Shown here piece after piece: positions 1-14,322 of a stretch of 64,000 nucleotides of DNA (position 1 is the stretch's first letter; every line of letters begins with the position of its first letter). The notes below the pieces were generated by a model. The model did no database searches, had not been told where the DNA came from, and saw only the letters and a program-made list of their open reading frames with translations. The DNA is taken from contig NW_020847100.1 in assembly GCF_003704095.1 (NCBI RefSeq), positions 434,001 through 498,000 of the forward strand, read 5' to 3'. The position numbers and the translations under genes were made by a program. This DNA is from Pocillopora damicornis. Its lineage: Eukaryota.

Positions 1-82
1 CCATTTAGACTCTCTTACATTCGTTTCAATTACTAATTAACCAATAAAAACATTTTTTCTTCCTTTTGTCCGTTTTCTTCAG

Positions 83-335
83 CAAGTTCCGCACAGCTTT
101 AAGTTGTTCCAATGGTGTGCAAAAATCCTTTTGTGAGTTTGATGAAAGCGTTGTTGGTATGATTCAAAGATCCTACTCATCGTTTTGCGTGGATGGAACC
201 AGCACTGGTGGAGAGGGCCGTAACAATACTGCATCTTCTACGTCAGCAAGCTTTGCTTTTTTATCTGCCTTTGTTTTTCAAGTACCGATGTTATTGGATG
301 CCATCAACTCCATTTTGTTTTCTGTACAGTATTGA
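83..335 (+). CDS. Gene A, terminal exon only: Cys-rich modular surface protein with a GPI-type C-terminus (rest of gene lies upstream of the window)
   Basis: Acceptor ttttcttcag at 73-82. Phase-2 exon reads KFRTALSCSNGVQKSFCEFDESVVGMIQRSYSSFCVDG, then a small-residue linker (GRNNTASSTSAS) and a hydrophobic tail. The C-x8-C-x-F-D...(S/P)FC-x-D-G pattern and exon start match the last exons of genes B and C. Confidence 0.75.
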
Positions 336-1552
336 TTTCTGTAACGTATTATGCCGTTAGGAATTTTTCTCCAACTTGCATATTTACCACAGTCGCTTTT
401 CTGATCGATGTCTTTTCATTTGTTGTTCACCTTTTTAGTGCGGCCTGTAAGTCTAACTTGAATTAATATTTTATTGTTCGTGAAACTTTTCGAAGACCTT
501 GTGTTATTTTCCTTTGTTCAGTATCGTTCCCCCCTGGGAGGGTAGGTCAGAGGAGGCGAGGGCGGGGAGGGGCGGAGATTAAAGACAATCAGATTTTATG
601 CCCGCGGAAACATAGTTGCCTGCCAGATCTTTTGCTGTCTATATTGAAATTTTGAAGGTGTTTATATAGTCTATAGTTGCTGATAGCTGTAGGAGTTCCT
701 AACTATGTGTTCTTGACTATGCGAAGTCGCTGTTGTTTTTTCAGATATTTTATCCCTACACAGTTGATTGAGAATTAAGAAGACAGGAAATTGAAGAAAG
801 ATAAAACAAAGCGAAAAAAAAATATTTTATTCATTTGATGGAGCAAATGACGAAAGTAGGAAGAAAAGCAACCCTTCCAACTAATGATGATTTTTTTTCT
901 GATCTGTTTGGATTCTTCTTTGCTTATAAGGATTTAATTGAAATTAAGTAAATACGTTTAACAAAACTGTTGTAGTCAATTTAATGTGTGCCACTTATCA
1001 GACAATTTCACTCAGTACTACTAGACTGACGTCTTTCTACAAAGTGCCAAACTGTATTTAATGTATGGTTCAAGGGTATGCTATGTTAGCTGTAAGATGT
1101 CAGATATTTGGAGTCTCTTTGTATATTCTAAAATGTTCGCGTACACACACTCATAGGTGCTCGGGCACTTCCCGAATGGGCTACAAGGAGATGTTCCTCC
1201 CAAAAGGAACTCCATTTTCTCACGGTGTCAACGAACATCCTAGCAGCAGTTAGGCAAAAATGAATGAATTTGAATGATCAATCATGTGTCGAACGTTTCG
1301 ACAAAGAGAGTGCACTAGAATAAGCAGAAAATTTCCCCAAATCATGTTTTTTTCTTTCTTTTTTGTTTAATAGTAAATTCTATGAAGGTTATTTTGCGTC
1401 TGATCTTTTTCGGCTTGTGTTTCGCGCGGTCTCGAAGCAGATTTACACTTTAAGTTTTCCTATCGATGGCATTACCTCTATTCACATAAGTTCATTAGGG
1501 TGAGAACAAACCGCTGGTCGAGTTTCATCAAACGAGAGGCAGAGGAGTGCAT

Positions 1553-4500
1553 TTATTTTACTGAAAGAAAGAGAAGGAGCGGCACAAGGCTGGCAACCAA
1601 CTGGAGCAATGCACTTGAATGTTTGGTGTTGCCATGAGAACAGAAGGGATTATTTATGGTGGCGGTGGTGTCGAGAACTTCCTGTTGAAAATTGCAGTGA
1701 ATTTTTCGAGCATTGTTGATACATTCCCGGGCTTCCTGATAATCATTCATATAGACGCTGTAACAGGACAACACAAAAGTACAATAAGTAGAAACCAGTC
1801 ATTATTTATCGCTCTGCGGGGAGGGAAGGGGGTTTATAGGACTTTTTTTTTGGGGGGGGGGGGAACTGAGGGGAATCAGTCGTCCTTAACAGAGTTGAGA
1901 GGAAGGAGCATAGAAATTTAATACCTATGAAAGGGGGGGGGGGGTCAGTAGATCATTAGAGAGCCGTCTGGGAGGAGTAGGAAATTTCATTGTGACCTAA
2001 TCCTGCGAACTCTTCCCCCCCCTCCTCCACTAGATGATAAATAGTGGTCATTAGCGAGATCTGGGCAATTCGAGATCTTATTTTCCTTATCCACTCACCG
2101 ATATTTATACAGTTTTCATTTGTAACATGCTGCAAAATCCGAACTTCGATAGATTTAAGTAAGGATGACTAAGAAAGCGGGGGTTTGATGACGAAATCTT
2201 TTACATAGAAACATTATTTAAGCATTTGTTTAGTCAATGACTCTAATCAAACAATCATGAAAAAATCAAATTAGGAGAAAAAGTAACTACCGATGAAGTG
2301 CACAAACCTGCAAGTTACTCCGCTTTGCCGGTCCGCCGTTGTTGAAGTTTGATAGGTATTACGAAACGTTCTAGCGCAATTTTCTGCCTCGTTAAAGAAC
2401 TCGTCATCACAATCCACAAGGGGTAACACACTAGGATGCAGCTCGCTCGTGTCCAGGCTCACGTTGTTGCAAAACAGGCGCTCATTAGTCAAAGTCGCTT
2501 GAAGAGCTTTCTGTGTGTCCTCTATATTTTTCATAGTTGTCCTGCAAGTGCCAAGTCTATTTTCGAGGCATTTTCTGTTCCTATCATTCTCTTTGCTGCA
2601 AAATAAGGGACATTACGTTTTTTCTCATACACAGACACGTTTATGATGAATTTGCACTAGCGAGGTCAAACGTGACATTTACCACAAACGTCTCTCAGCT
2701 GCTTTCACCTCAAACTCACATAAATTTTAACCATTTTACACGCACGAGAACCAACAGGGTGTGTCTCCAAAATATTTCCATAACTATATTGACTAGGCCA
2801 CAGAGTTATTTACGATAATTTATGAGAAATACAGTAAATCCACACGGTAATACACTTTATCTGTTTTTATGGTACTTCGCTTTAATATGTTTAGAATTAC
2901 ATGTCATTGGTAAAGGAAACATCTTGGTAAGAATCCTCATAGCTCATGAGTCACTTCTCTAACCCTTTTATACTTCATGTTGATAACCTTGCTGTCGGCT
3001 ATGATCGGACAATTGAGGCAGCCAATTATAATAAGTCCACTTAACTAAATCCACCAATCACAGAATTGATCACAATAACCATAGCAAAAACCACTTTAAA
3101 AAAAAAAACAAAACAAAAAACTGGAGAATTTCCAAAATGGAAGAATTATTAAATCAACACATTATTGACCCAAGACACTCCACCGGAGATATTTGTTCTA
3201 GGTGTATTTGTTTTTTCGGAAATTAATCGGTAACAGGACTTCTTGTCGTCCAATTCTGTCTGTTGTGATGCGGGTGATAAACAAAATCGGACTCCCGCTC
3301 CGCGGTCGTCCGATCCTGTTAATTACAATAACTGCTCATAGGACTCCACTCAGTCCTATTACCATTATTAATCATCATGGTGGTTTCATTTTCCACGTAG
3401 AATCCTGTTTTTTAATTCTCTAATTTGAAGGCATCTCCTAAATAAGAATTTCATTTTCTTTGCAAGGAAAAATTATGGAAATGAGAAATCATTTTATTTT
3501 TATGTTGGGAGTTGAGGAAGCTTTTCTACGTGTAAATGATTTCCGCATTCGCTGCTTATAAGAAATGGAACATGTTTTTTGAGCCACGTTTGGTTATACG
3601 GTTCCAACTTTGAACAGCGAATCTTCGCTATCATACAATCGTTACTAACCAGAATTTTCAACCCCCAAATTCCCGAAAATTTAGGACGTCATTTCTACTG
3701 ACTTCTGTTGAAATAGCAAACCCATCATAGTCAATCCGGTCATTTCCTTATTAGCCTGGAAGTACAACCCCCTCCTCCTAGGGATTGAGGACTGTGTTAG
3801 TGCCCAACTCACCTACAGGTGTGATCACCTTCATTGGCAAATTTAGCAGCTCCTTCATCTTCACATTCCATGGCCTCTTCATAAATAAGCGAGATGGGGC
3901 ATTCCAGTTTAGCGTGAAGATCCGTGCAAGCTGCGAAATGAGATCGCGAAAAAAAGGAAAGTGTTGTATAAACTAACGAATCAATCAATCAAGAGAAAAG
4001 TTACATTTTGCTCATGAGTTTACATAAATGGAGTGAGCAATTGAGTCGGACAGGCAAACGGACGACCGAGAAAGCAGATTGAGCGAGAAATCTGTACAAA
4101 TGAACTTAAATTGAAACACACAATGAAATCGGCTTAGATGAATCTTTTGGGGCCATTAACTTTTGATTTCCCTCATAGAGGATCAGTAACGATATTATCG
4201 TCACTGTCATCATCCTCATTATCATCATTAGCAACTGAACCTTTCTAATTTCGAAAGAGTTGTCGCATATCGATTCTTTGTCGGTATGAAAACAAAGTCT
4301 TCTATTAATAAAAACAGACTTACCTGACTGGTTGGTGCCGCTAACCGGGTCTTTGAAATTGGGAGCACAGAAGGGGTTGTAATCATCTATTTTCAAGTAA
4401 TCGCAGAGTCCTTCACACGCTGCTCTAGCCACCGTATTGCAGTCCTCTTTCGCTTTGGCGTAGGGTCTTCAAAGATTAGACATTGAGGTTATAGTAGGTA

Positions 4501-5844
4501 GTAGCTTGGTAATGAGTGCGGTTTGTTGCAGTTACGTTCGACTTTTTTGAGAAGATCCTTTTTCGATAATATATATTATCATATCATGTATCAGGTTTTG
4601 AAAGCGCCAGCAAACCTTCTCACTAGTATGGGGTTAGACTCACACCCCTTAATCATTGAGGTTGGGAATCCCCTTGCTTGCTATGATAGGCTGCATTAGT
4701 AAGCGAGGAGATTCTAAACATATCTTCAATCTTTCTCATTGCCTTGCTGATTTCTGATCATTTAGGTTTGATCAGCTGGGTGGCGTGGTCGCGGAAGGTT
4801 CTCTAGGTCCGGAGTTAAAACGAATCGACTCTGAGACCAAGGTTTAGGAGGTTTATGGAGGTTTCACCCCACTGCAAGTTCGCCCCGTACCAACTTTGCA
4901 AGTTCGCCGCATGAAGTCAAGAGAGTTCGCCTCCCACCTTTGCCAGTTCGTCCCTGACTCTTTCATTTCGTATGAATACGGCAAACCTTATTCTTTCGCT
5001 ATGGAAATCGTTATTTCTTTTAAAGATATTGTAGTGAATTGGTTTAGGTGTGCTCAAACGTATTATCCCTAAGGGGGGCGATCTCGCTGAGGTGGTAGGG
5101 GTAAACTCAGTTGCAGTCTACGGGGACAATCCTACTTACCTGCATGCGTTAGTAACGTTATTCCTTGATTGACTAAACACAGAGTGGAATTCTCTCCAGC
5201 ACTCGTAAGCTTTCTTCAGACGTTCTGGTGCGCATTTGGTGATGAGCCACAAGAATGGGCCAATATTACCGGTATTGACTTCTTCGTCCCCACAATTGTA
5301 CGCATACAAGAGCATGAAATCGGTGATTTGATCCGCCATGTCCTTCAGAACACTGTCGTCTTTTACGCAACGATCCACGTGTTTACGAAGGCATATTTGC
5401 AGTTCACTGCGGCCAAGGCTAAGGAACAAAATAATGAAATACGTCCTTTAGCGTAACAAATGAGATCTATAGGTACCTTTGCCACACACGTTCTTTAAAG
5501 CTGGCTCAGGAAGGGCTAATAATATAATTCAAGTGGGAAAATGTGCTAGAGAAGACACTTCTTCACTGTACCACTGGTTTAAAAACGATGAAAAAGAGAA
5601 AAATCCGTAATTCGTCGCACATGGAGACAGCTACGTAAAAACTGTAGAGGCAAAACCGCAAAAAAAGAGCAAACAATCAGTGCCTGATTAAAATTTTTGC
5701 ATTAAAGTGGATCTAACCTGCAAGACATAGAGGGCCTCTGCTTCAGTTCTATCATCATTGCCCGTTGACAGGCTAGCCCTCCATTAGTAAAACTTCCTAA
5801 AGAACATTTTCCGATGTTCACGCCTTCTGTTTGAATCTGTATAA
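1553..5844 (-). CDS. Gene B: uncharacterised Cys-rich protein, four six-Cys modules, GPI-type tail, about 395 aa
   Basis: Exons 5718-5844, 5140-5406, 4324-4466, 3813-3930, 2308-2595 and 1553-1757 have GT-AG ends and phases 1/2/2/1/2/2, giving one open frame. Motifs: IGKCSLGSFTNGGLACQR, YNCG, ECWREF, DDYNPFC, NNPFC, and a hydrophobic end (SALLQLVASLVPLLLFLSVK). Candidate first exon 6223-6267 is uncertain. Confidence 0.85.
2990..3372 (-). repeat. Dispersed repeat, intronic in gene B; homologous to 62468-62985
   Basis: Ends with ggactccactcagtcctattaccatt. Internal segments are reverse-complement matches to 62470-62880, and a similar terminus occurs at about 51760-51790. Boundaries approximate. 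Confidence 0.6.
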
Positions 5845-8800
5845 CTAAAAGTGAAAAAATATAAGGTAAGTTCTAATCAATTAATCAAAGATCAGCGGCA
5901 TATCGTCCCCGTTGTCTCCGAAAACAATAACGAGACGATATCGGTATGATGACAAAGAAACTCTGTCCAGAAGATTGTTGACAGCAGCGACGATCGGCAT
6001 TAACTCGAATTTAATCGAGTCACGATCATCGCAGTCGAATAGGTCGTTAGTAATCATTCATTTTGGTTTCCCTTACAGTTATTCTGGAACGTGTCAGACA
6101 GCCCGGACGATCCGAACGATAATATGGAGCTTTTTTTCATCTCTGGGTGAAATCAATTCGTTAAGGTAAAGGTGTTATTGAAAATTTTCCCTTTGGACGC
6201 TTTGAGCTAGATAAAGACAAACCTACAAAAACAAAGCAAACAAGCGAACAACAGGCTCAGTGAACATTGTTAAATAATCCAACGATCTTGTTTTGGGAAT
6301 TATTCAACAATTTTAGCCAACGGTGGATAATTTTAAAATATATTTCTTTAAGATAAATTTAAGGAAACCATAAGGAAATCAAAGAAAAAGGATGATTACG
6401 CAAGCTACTGGATGGTTCTGAACTCGCAATTTTATGTAGCTGGAGCACTAAGTCAAGTTAGTGGTCTAATTTTTTTTCAGTGATAACACTTTCAGGTCCA
6501 TTTGGCAACAGGTAAACGTCGTAAAGACGTTTTTGTCTTGTTAACAATATGCAGAATGACATTTGATTTAAGCGAAGCGTTTGACGGAGAATTTGCCCAA
6601 CTCTTATTTCAATCTAACATTCTAATCCAATCCCAAAAAAGACCTGGAAGAAATATGGATATAGTGATATGTTTGCGCAGGTGATTGATCGATCTAGATT
6701 TTTCAACTCGCGTGTTTATCGGTCATGTAGCCCCAGTATGCAGATGTTGACGCTTCAAGCACGCGAGCAGTGTTTCAGAGTGATCTCTTTGGCTTTAAAT
6801 CGAACACAGGCATTATCTGTAGCAGCATGATTCCAAGATAGGGTTATCATATAAAACTATTGGCTGAAATGTTTTTTTCTTAGAATCGCTTGAAAGCGAA
6901 AGACTTTCATCAATGCGACTTTAATCGAATTACCACGCACTCCTTCGACCGATGATAAAACTGCAAGTAGACCCTAATTTTATCAACTTGGCACGATTAT
7001 AATAAAGATAAACAGCTTTCTTCGTAATTACAAAAACTTTCTAACGTGAGATAACTACATTATGCCATAGTTTGTATTTCACTGGGCTTGCTAGGGACTT
7101 TCTTTGAAGCTTACTCAAAATATCTGTGAAATAATGTACCCACCTGCCATTATAAACACGAAAGAAGTTCCTTTGAAAGGGTCATTCATCCTCTTAGAAA
7201 TTTGGGTCTACAAATTTTGAAACTACTCAGTAACTTAAACTCCCTCACGTTCGAAAGTAATTAAAAATATTCTGAAATATGCTTACAATGTCATTTGGTG
7301 ATAAGTAATGTATGCATGATTGTTTAGAAAATAACAGCATTAATTTCAAAGAGGGAACACAAATAATTTCCATAATATCTGCAGGGGTCGTTCTAGAAGC
7401 TGTACGATTACGTGTTTCTCAGTTTTCCCAGTCAGATGTCCATTATTGGAAGCAAATTCAGGGTAAAAGTTTGCACGAGGTCTCAGAAACTAAATATCTT
7501 AAATGATTTTCAGTTGGGTTTATCAACAGGAATACCTAATTTTATATCACATTTCTGCTTGGATATGTGTTCCGGTTGGACAGGTTTGAAGTCGAGGCAG
7601 ATTTCTAACAGTAGACGTTCCTTGTTACGTCAATTTCCCAGCGCAGTCAGCGCCGTCCTTCCACATACGTCGTTTATCTATAGTTTCCCAGGACTGACCA
7701 GCAGAAATAATTTTAACTGACACCATGGTGTATTAGTGTATTTTATGAAGAGTTGGAAAGGTGCCACAATGAACCAACGTTTTTCGAAAGACTGTTCTAG
7801 AATGTTTTAGTAAACATTTTGCTTTAGATGCTCTTGACCTGTTTATCAATGGACATAGCAACCAAACAGTGATGCACTCAACTGGCATTACCGCATTGTG
7901 AATGATCAATCGTTTGTCAAACTTAATAACGTCACATCTGAGCTCATCAACACTGGTCACCCATGACTAACCTTCGATCCTTATAAATTAAGAAAGGGAC
8001 TACATAGGAATAGATGAAAAGTTTTTGCAGTACGTTCTACGGGGATGTTCCGCCCAAATGAGGAGCCATTTTTCCCCGGTAACACTGAATATCCTGCTAC
8101 AACGGAAGGCAGAACTCACGCACTCTGTTTTAGAGATAAACACAGTAACTGAACCGTGAATCAATCAACTACTCTAGTGGTCTACATAGTTTATCATCAG
8201 TCATGTGTCAAACTCCGATCTCGCTTACAACACAGGCTGCTCAGTACCTTCACGAGAGCCCACGAATTCCATTAAAGAAAGTGCACGGGAATAAAAAAAA
8301 TCCAAATCAGTTCTTTCAAAGATAAGAAATACGAAATGAGAAAACGTGAGTTTGTGTGGTGTCTTTGAAGGCTATTGCCTATCAAACTGACTTTATTAAA
8401 AATACTAGGCAAGATTGAAGTGATCACCCTTTAAACACTAAAGAATAAGGATGAATAGATATATTTCACTGAAAAAAAGAGTTGGAGTTTCATTTAAGAT
8501 TGTATTAAATGGGCGAATATAAATACATGTTATCCCGGCTAAGATTTGCGACAAGAATCGAGAACAGAAAACAAATTATGCATGGAGCGTCAAAGGAAAA
8601 CAATCAAACAACCAGAAATCAAACGATATACAAACGAAATTTAAATAGTAAAGCAGTTTTTGACCATGAAAATAAGTTTTTTAACGATTCTTTTTGTCGT
8701 CATTGTTTTTCGTCCTAATATTTTTCACACTTTTCTCTTCTTTTATTTACCCGTTTGTTTTGTTTTGATTTGTTCGTTTGTTTTGTTTTGATTTGTTCGC

Positions 8801-8936
8801 TAGCTTTCTTATTTGCTTCCTTAGTTGACAATAGTTACATTTGTGCTTAAGATCTGGCTCTCCCCACTACCATTTTCCATTACCATTAGCGTGCATCATA
8901 CAATTATAAGTGTCTGGTTAGGGAGAAATCTTGATC

Positions 8937-11900
8937 TCAAGGTCCAACTAAAAACGCGATGCTGGTAATGAACAGAAATAGTATAGTCCCTTGACCACCA
9001 TTTACTCCACTCCTTAATGGATCTTTACCATTGTCACAAAAAGGGTTATCGTCACCAAACATGGTCGCCTTTAATGAGCTTTGGTCAAAATTACAACTTT
9101 CCTCGTGTGCTCTGTTGAGACACTTCTTGGCATCTGCAAAAGAGCTGAAAAGTAGAAGAAATATTTCCGTTACTACAGAGGGATATCAAGAACAATCTAA
9201 AATAAATCCAGCCCATTTCTTCCCCCAACTTAGAAATCAAATGGATGGTTGTAACCAAACCAAGAAAGAATTATCGGTGGGGTGACACGAGAATAAACAG
9301 AAAGGAGATACCTTTGAAAGGGGACAAATGCTACCGGGGTTGATCCCGGTTTCTTCACCATTTTAAAGTGTTACCAATCTTCTTCTAAAAGGAACGCCTA
9401 TTCATCACAGACACTCTCTTCTCCTCACCCGCCCCCGACATCACCTTATGAAGGCTGACGAAACTCGCCAGATAATCGCTATCTTGTTGCGAGATTTCTA
9501 CAAAACAAACTATTATCCACCGGAACCCAGCAGATAGTGATACATTCCCTAGACAGCGTGACTCACTTGTTGTGAGTACCCAGTTGCATAAGAACATAAA
9601 TCAAATGAAATTGAAGTGTAACCATATCGATACTTCTGCGTATCATATACTCACGAGCAAACTTCTTGGGACTTTTTCTTCACCGAATTTTCATATATGC
9701 TTCTGAAAGGCTCCGCACATTTCTCAGCAGCGGTGAAAAACGCCGGCTTACAATCACCTGTCTTAACGCTTTCATGAAGTGCGGCCTTGTCCAGAGTCAC
9801 TTTGCCACAAAAGAACTGCTCCACCATCAGAGTTGCTCGAAGAGTCTTCACACTGTCCTCAAAAACTTTATCATCTCGCATGGAAGAGCACTGCGTAACC
9901 AACTTCTCTCTCAAGCAATTCTTATTTTTCAAAAGGACCATGCTATAGGTAAATATATTTAGTGAGTAACTTTTAATTGCGTTCTACAAACTACAGGGGC
10001 AGGGTATTTGATCCCGGAAAGTAACACTGCTTTGCTTGCCTTAGTCAACAATCGTGCACGTATTAGCAGAGGATTAGATTGCTAGACTGAAAAAAAAAAA
10101 CTAAATGAGGGGTAAAAAAATTACTAAGCGATTAGTAATTCCTGTATAGAAAGTATACAATTACCAGATAGCTCTTTCAAAGGTCGTCTGTACCGTAATA
10201 TTATACAGGTCAAAGAAAATTAATGATCTGACTTTGCACCTTGTAAAGAAGATGGAGTTTTTGTATTCATGATTTTAAGTCAAACGTACATCCAAATTGG
10301 ATTCTGTCATCATTTGGATTATCTAAGTACTAACCACTGCGCAATCACTGGTGTTATGGTGTGCTGCCCCTTTTTCAGTAGCAATACTTTTCCTTTACTT
10401 CATTTACCAAGGTAGTCTATGCTTTGAAATCATGATTTATGAGTTTCGCAGTTCACTAGCGTAAAAGTATATCATACGTCTGGCGCTAAACTTACTATAG
10501 TACACGTTCGCCCTGGTTGTATTGTTGTAACAGGAACCTGTCCTGACGCTCTTACCTGCAATTGTTCCCGGAAGCAAAGTCTTTAAAGCTCTCTGTATCA
10601 CACCTCATTGCATTATCGTAAACTACATTATTTGGGCAGAGGAGGGGGAGAGGATTACAGTCTGAAAACAGGAAAAAATGTTGATATAGAGAAAATGGAG
10701 ACGGCATGCTCAGTTGTACGTTACCAAAGTTGGACAAGAATACCAACTCATTTGATGATATTTTGTTATGGAAATAAGTGTGGATGACTCGCGCGAAACG
10801 TCTACCAGCAATTTTAATTTTAAAAAAAATTTTTTCATCGTTAGACAGTTTAAGTGATATCGAACGAAGGATCCAAACGCCAATTATGAAACTGGTAAAG
10901 ACGTGACCCCAATGCAGAAAGGAAGACACATTATTGGTATGAGCTTTTCATATAAGAGAACCTTTTTTCTAGTTGGATGTGGTCATAGTAAACTATTGAG
11001 AGGAAGAATAAAATTTAAACGGCATAAAATGTTTACCAAACAAGGTAGTCTGTGTTGGAGGGTCCATTCCGTCGGCACAGAATGGATTATAGTCGTCTTT
11101 GGTGATGTATTGGCAGATATCTTTACACGATTCTCTTGCCCCGTTGGTGCATTTTTGTTTCCCTTCCGCATATTTACTATGTTCAAAAAAATAGGTGATG
11201 ATACACAATTAGCGGCCTAGAAGTCAATTGGAAACACAATTTCACAGACTCGCTAAGGAATCAGTCAATCAGTGAATGAATTAGGCAATGAATCAATGAA
11301 TCATAAGTCAATCATAAATCAATTAATCAACTAGTCAAGTCAAGTACTCAATTAATTGGTCAATCAATCAAAAGAACCGACTAATCAATTTTTTTGTAAA
11401 TGAATGAATTAATATATCATTTAATCAATCATCAATCAGTCTGTCAATCAATCAATTAATCAACCAGTCATGTCAATTACTCAATTAATCAGTCAACCAA
11501 TCAAAACACCAAATTGACCGGTTAATTCGTAAATGAATGATTGAATCAATCAATTAACCAATTCTCAATCAATCAATCAGTTAATCAAACCGACTACTCA
11601 ATTTATAAATCAATAATTCAAGTAATCAATCAAAAAAATTAAAAGTCAGTCAATCAATCCATTAATCCGCCAATCCATTAATCAATCTTTCAAGAGTAAA
11701 TAAATGGCCATACAGAAAGTAGTTAATTTTTTTTTTCAGTGATGCTCTCTTGTCGATGATCATAGAAATTGTTATCTGCGGTGGTAACCTACCTGCATAA
11801 TGAGGAATCGTTCCTGCTTGCGTTAAAAGTAGTACGGAAATCATCCCAGCAGCCAACCATCCCTTCCAGTTTTCCTGCATCGCAATCGACTTGACCGAGG

Positions 11901-12442
11901 ATTAATGGGTTTATTCTTGATACCTCAAAACTCAGCTTTCCGCAGTGATAAACTAGCAGTTCAAGCAGCTTCACTATCTCACCTTTAAACGCGTTTAACA
12001 GCGGAACACCATCCACGCAACTACTGACATGACCATTCAAACAGATAGATTGCTTTTCGTATTCAAAGCTGCCAAGAAAACAAGCGTAACAAGCAAAAAC
12101 ATCAAACAAAGGAATTAAATCAGTAAATGTTTTTAATTTTTGATAGTGACATGCTTTTCCAATAACATCTTCTTTTTTTTTCTGATCAAGTTTTATTTTG
12201 CAGCTTCCAAATTCCATGACCATAAAGGAAATGACTTGTAGTGGTAAACACATTGAAATTGATGACAAAAGAGAGGCCACTGATTTTCGCTGAAGCTATA
12301 ATCAAACCTCCAAACCTGCAATTCAAGCTGGCGTTGTTTTTCAAGTTTGAAATCAGAGTCCTCTGGCATTGCTGTCCTCCCTTCGTGAAAGTGGTCAGAT
12401 TGCATTTCCCGATATCTTGGCCAACAGCGTGTCTAAGTAGCA
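8937..12442 (-). CDS. Gene C: paralogue of gene B, four six-Cys modules, GPI-type tail, about 395 aa
   Basis: Exons 12316-12442, 11793-12068, 11037-11176, 10556-10661, 9655-9942 and 8937-9144 are in frame with the same phases as gene B; two exon lengths (127 and 288 nt) are identical to B. Motifs: IGKCNLTTFTKGGQQCQR, YHCG, GCWDDF, DDYNPFC, DDNPFC. Tail SGVNGGQGTILFLFITSIAFLVGP. Candidate first exon 14541-14579 is uncertain. Confidence 0.85.
11255..11705. repeat. Degenerate (AATC/AGTC)n tetranucleotide array in a gene C intron
   Basis: Dense aatc/agtc/aatt units over about 450 bp. Confidence 0.8.
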
Positions 12443-12586
12443 CTGTGGGGGAAACATTTTAGAGAACTCAGTTAAATTGGGGGGACTTAGCAGAGATCAG
12501 GGCCGAAAAAAGTACAATTCAGCAAAAGAGAAACGCGCTGGACACATCAAAAGAAAAAAGACTACGAAGGTCATGGCTTGGTAATA

Positions 12587-12735
12587 GACCTCGCTCACCG
12601 TATGATCTCGGTGGCTCTGTGACTCAAAGGAATTCCGAAGGCCTGAAGTTCGATTCCTCATGGGAACACAGAAAATTTTTTCTTTGTTCCACGCTCGTTA
12701 CAAGACGAAAAAAATTTTGCTCTGTTTCACCAAAA
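12587..12735 (+). mobile_element. Degenerate tRNA-derived SINE-like repeat
   Basis: A-box-like tggctctgtg (12612-12621) and B-box GTTCGATTCC (12648-12657), followed by a non-tRNA body and A-rich end. No intact cloverleaf seen. Confidence 0.5.
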
Positions 12736-13926
12736 ACATTTTTGATCGTGATGCTGACTGGCTAAAAAGGAGAAAGCAACCTCGTGAGCGTGAGCATGCT
12801 TTAAGTTGCAGTTTATCACACTTTGAAATAAATTCGCACATTCCAATCGTGTCAAATAATTCTGGGCTAAAGGTGTTTTGCTTTGCCTTTCCCTACTTTT
12901 GATGGTTTGTCTAACCGTTTTGCTTCAGCATGGTTATGTTTTTCTCGGTATTGTTTTTCATGCTGTTTTTGTATTTGTTTTGTTTTGTTTTTTTTTTTTC
13001 GTGTGTGCTGTTGCCTTTACTTTTTTCTCTTGCTTCTCTCTTTGTGCCTCTGTTTTTATTCGGTTCTTTTGGTTGCCAGTGTGTTTGTTAGTTTTTGTTA
13101 CTCTCACTTTTAGATTGGTCGTTGTGAAATGTTTCCACGCAAAAATTGATTTCCTAGATTTATCATGAATTTAATTGTGTATTAAGTGAGTTGTAATTTC
13201 GTTATCGTTAAAGTACAGTCAACGTTATAATTAGAAGTAGCATGTAACTGGGAGCGGCATAGGGTAATCAAATGAGTTCTGCGAGCAGTGATGTATGAAA
13301 TTAGGCATTTGCAGGGCATTTAAGCGCGTAGGAACTTAGCAGCATGATTGTCAAAAAAAACCATGTTTAAAAGGAAATTAGTGCCCACGAATCGTTGCAA
13401 AGCGTGAGCGAATCTTGATATCCCACACGGAATTACGTATCTGGGTGTGGATTTCCTCAGCTAATAAATGTAACATTTTTGTAGCCCTAGGATAAGATTG
13501 TAATAAAGTAGATAGATCGCAGAACGGAACGTGCACTGCTGAATTGTCGTCAATAAAGCCTGAATCAAAAGAAAGTATACAGTCCAAGATTACCGAACCA
13601 GCGCGTGCGGAATTCTCAGCAACAAAAGTGGGAAATTCTGCGAAACTGGTTTAGAAATCCGCGCGTTCGAAAAGTTCTCTGACAGAAAACAACATGCTTA
13701 TGAAATTTCATAAATGTGATTTTCAGTCAATTATTCGTAAGCTAATCCTTATTCGCTCCATTTGCTTTAGTCTCCTTGTTATGAACTGTTAAAATAACCC
13801 AGTCATGCATATTTGTGTAGGCAATATAACTCATTGAAAACAATGCAGCGAAGAAAAAGAGCAGTCGAATATGAAAATATGAATAGGTTAATTTCAATTA
13901 AGCAGGGCATGCGTCAATTTAATATT

Positions 13927-14065
13927 AGGTAAAATTTCCGCACAGCCCCATACTATTGTTAAAAAAATCTGTTTTCCCAATATCCATGTATTGTTTTTGT
14001 CGTTGTTTTCTCTCTTCAAAAACTGAATGCATAATGTGGTATGGGGCTGTGCGGAGACTTTACCT
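13927..14065. mobile_element. MITE-like element, 139 bp, with 27-bp terminal inverted repeats
   Basis: aggtaaaatttccgcacagccccatac ... gtatggggctgtgcggagactttacct, 25/27 inverted match. Confidence 0.75.
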
Positions 14066-14322
14066 TTTTCGGTCATGTTATCCGACAAATGCAGTTGCTT
14101 CTTCTCACAATGGAAATCTTGTTGAAAAGAAACGACCGCTCCCTTGTTCTTTGTGGCATACAAGAACTAACAATCTACGTTTGTACAAGGACCAAAAGTC
14201 AACGTCGTTCTAATTACCGATTTCGACAAAACTTTGCATTTCTAAAGCGCAAACGAATTCGATATCCTCGATGACGACGCAATTTATTATACGTCTTCGA
14301 CTGAGTCTGAAAACTTTCGATA

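Noticed and set aside
4855-5110. Repeated gttcgcc motifs with weak inverted ends in a gene B intron
   Set aside because: Possibly an old MITE, but the termini are too degenerate to call; not CRISPR-like (irregular, eukaryotic context).
12600-12670. Possible tRNA gene
   Set aside because: Only a B-box and weak A-box; no cloverleaf, so treated as a SINE-like remnant.
12878-13168. Hydrophobic 96-aa and 76-aa ORFs
   Set aside because: T-rich low-complexity non-coding sequence with no family motif or splice support.
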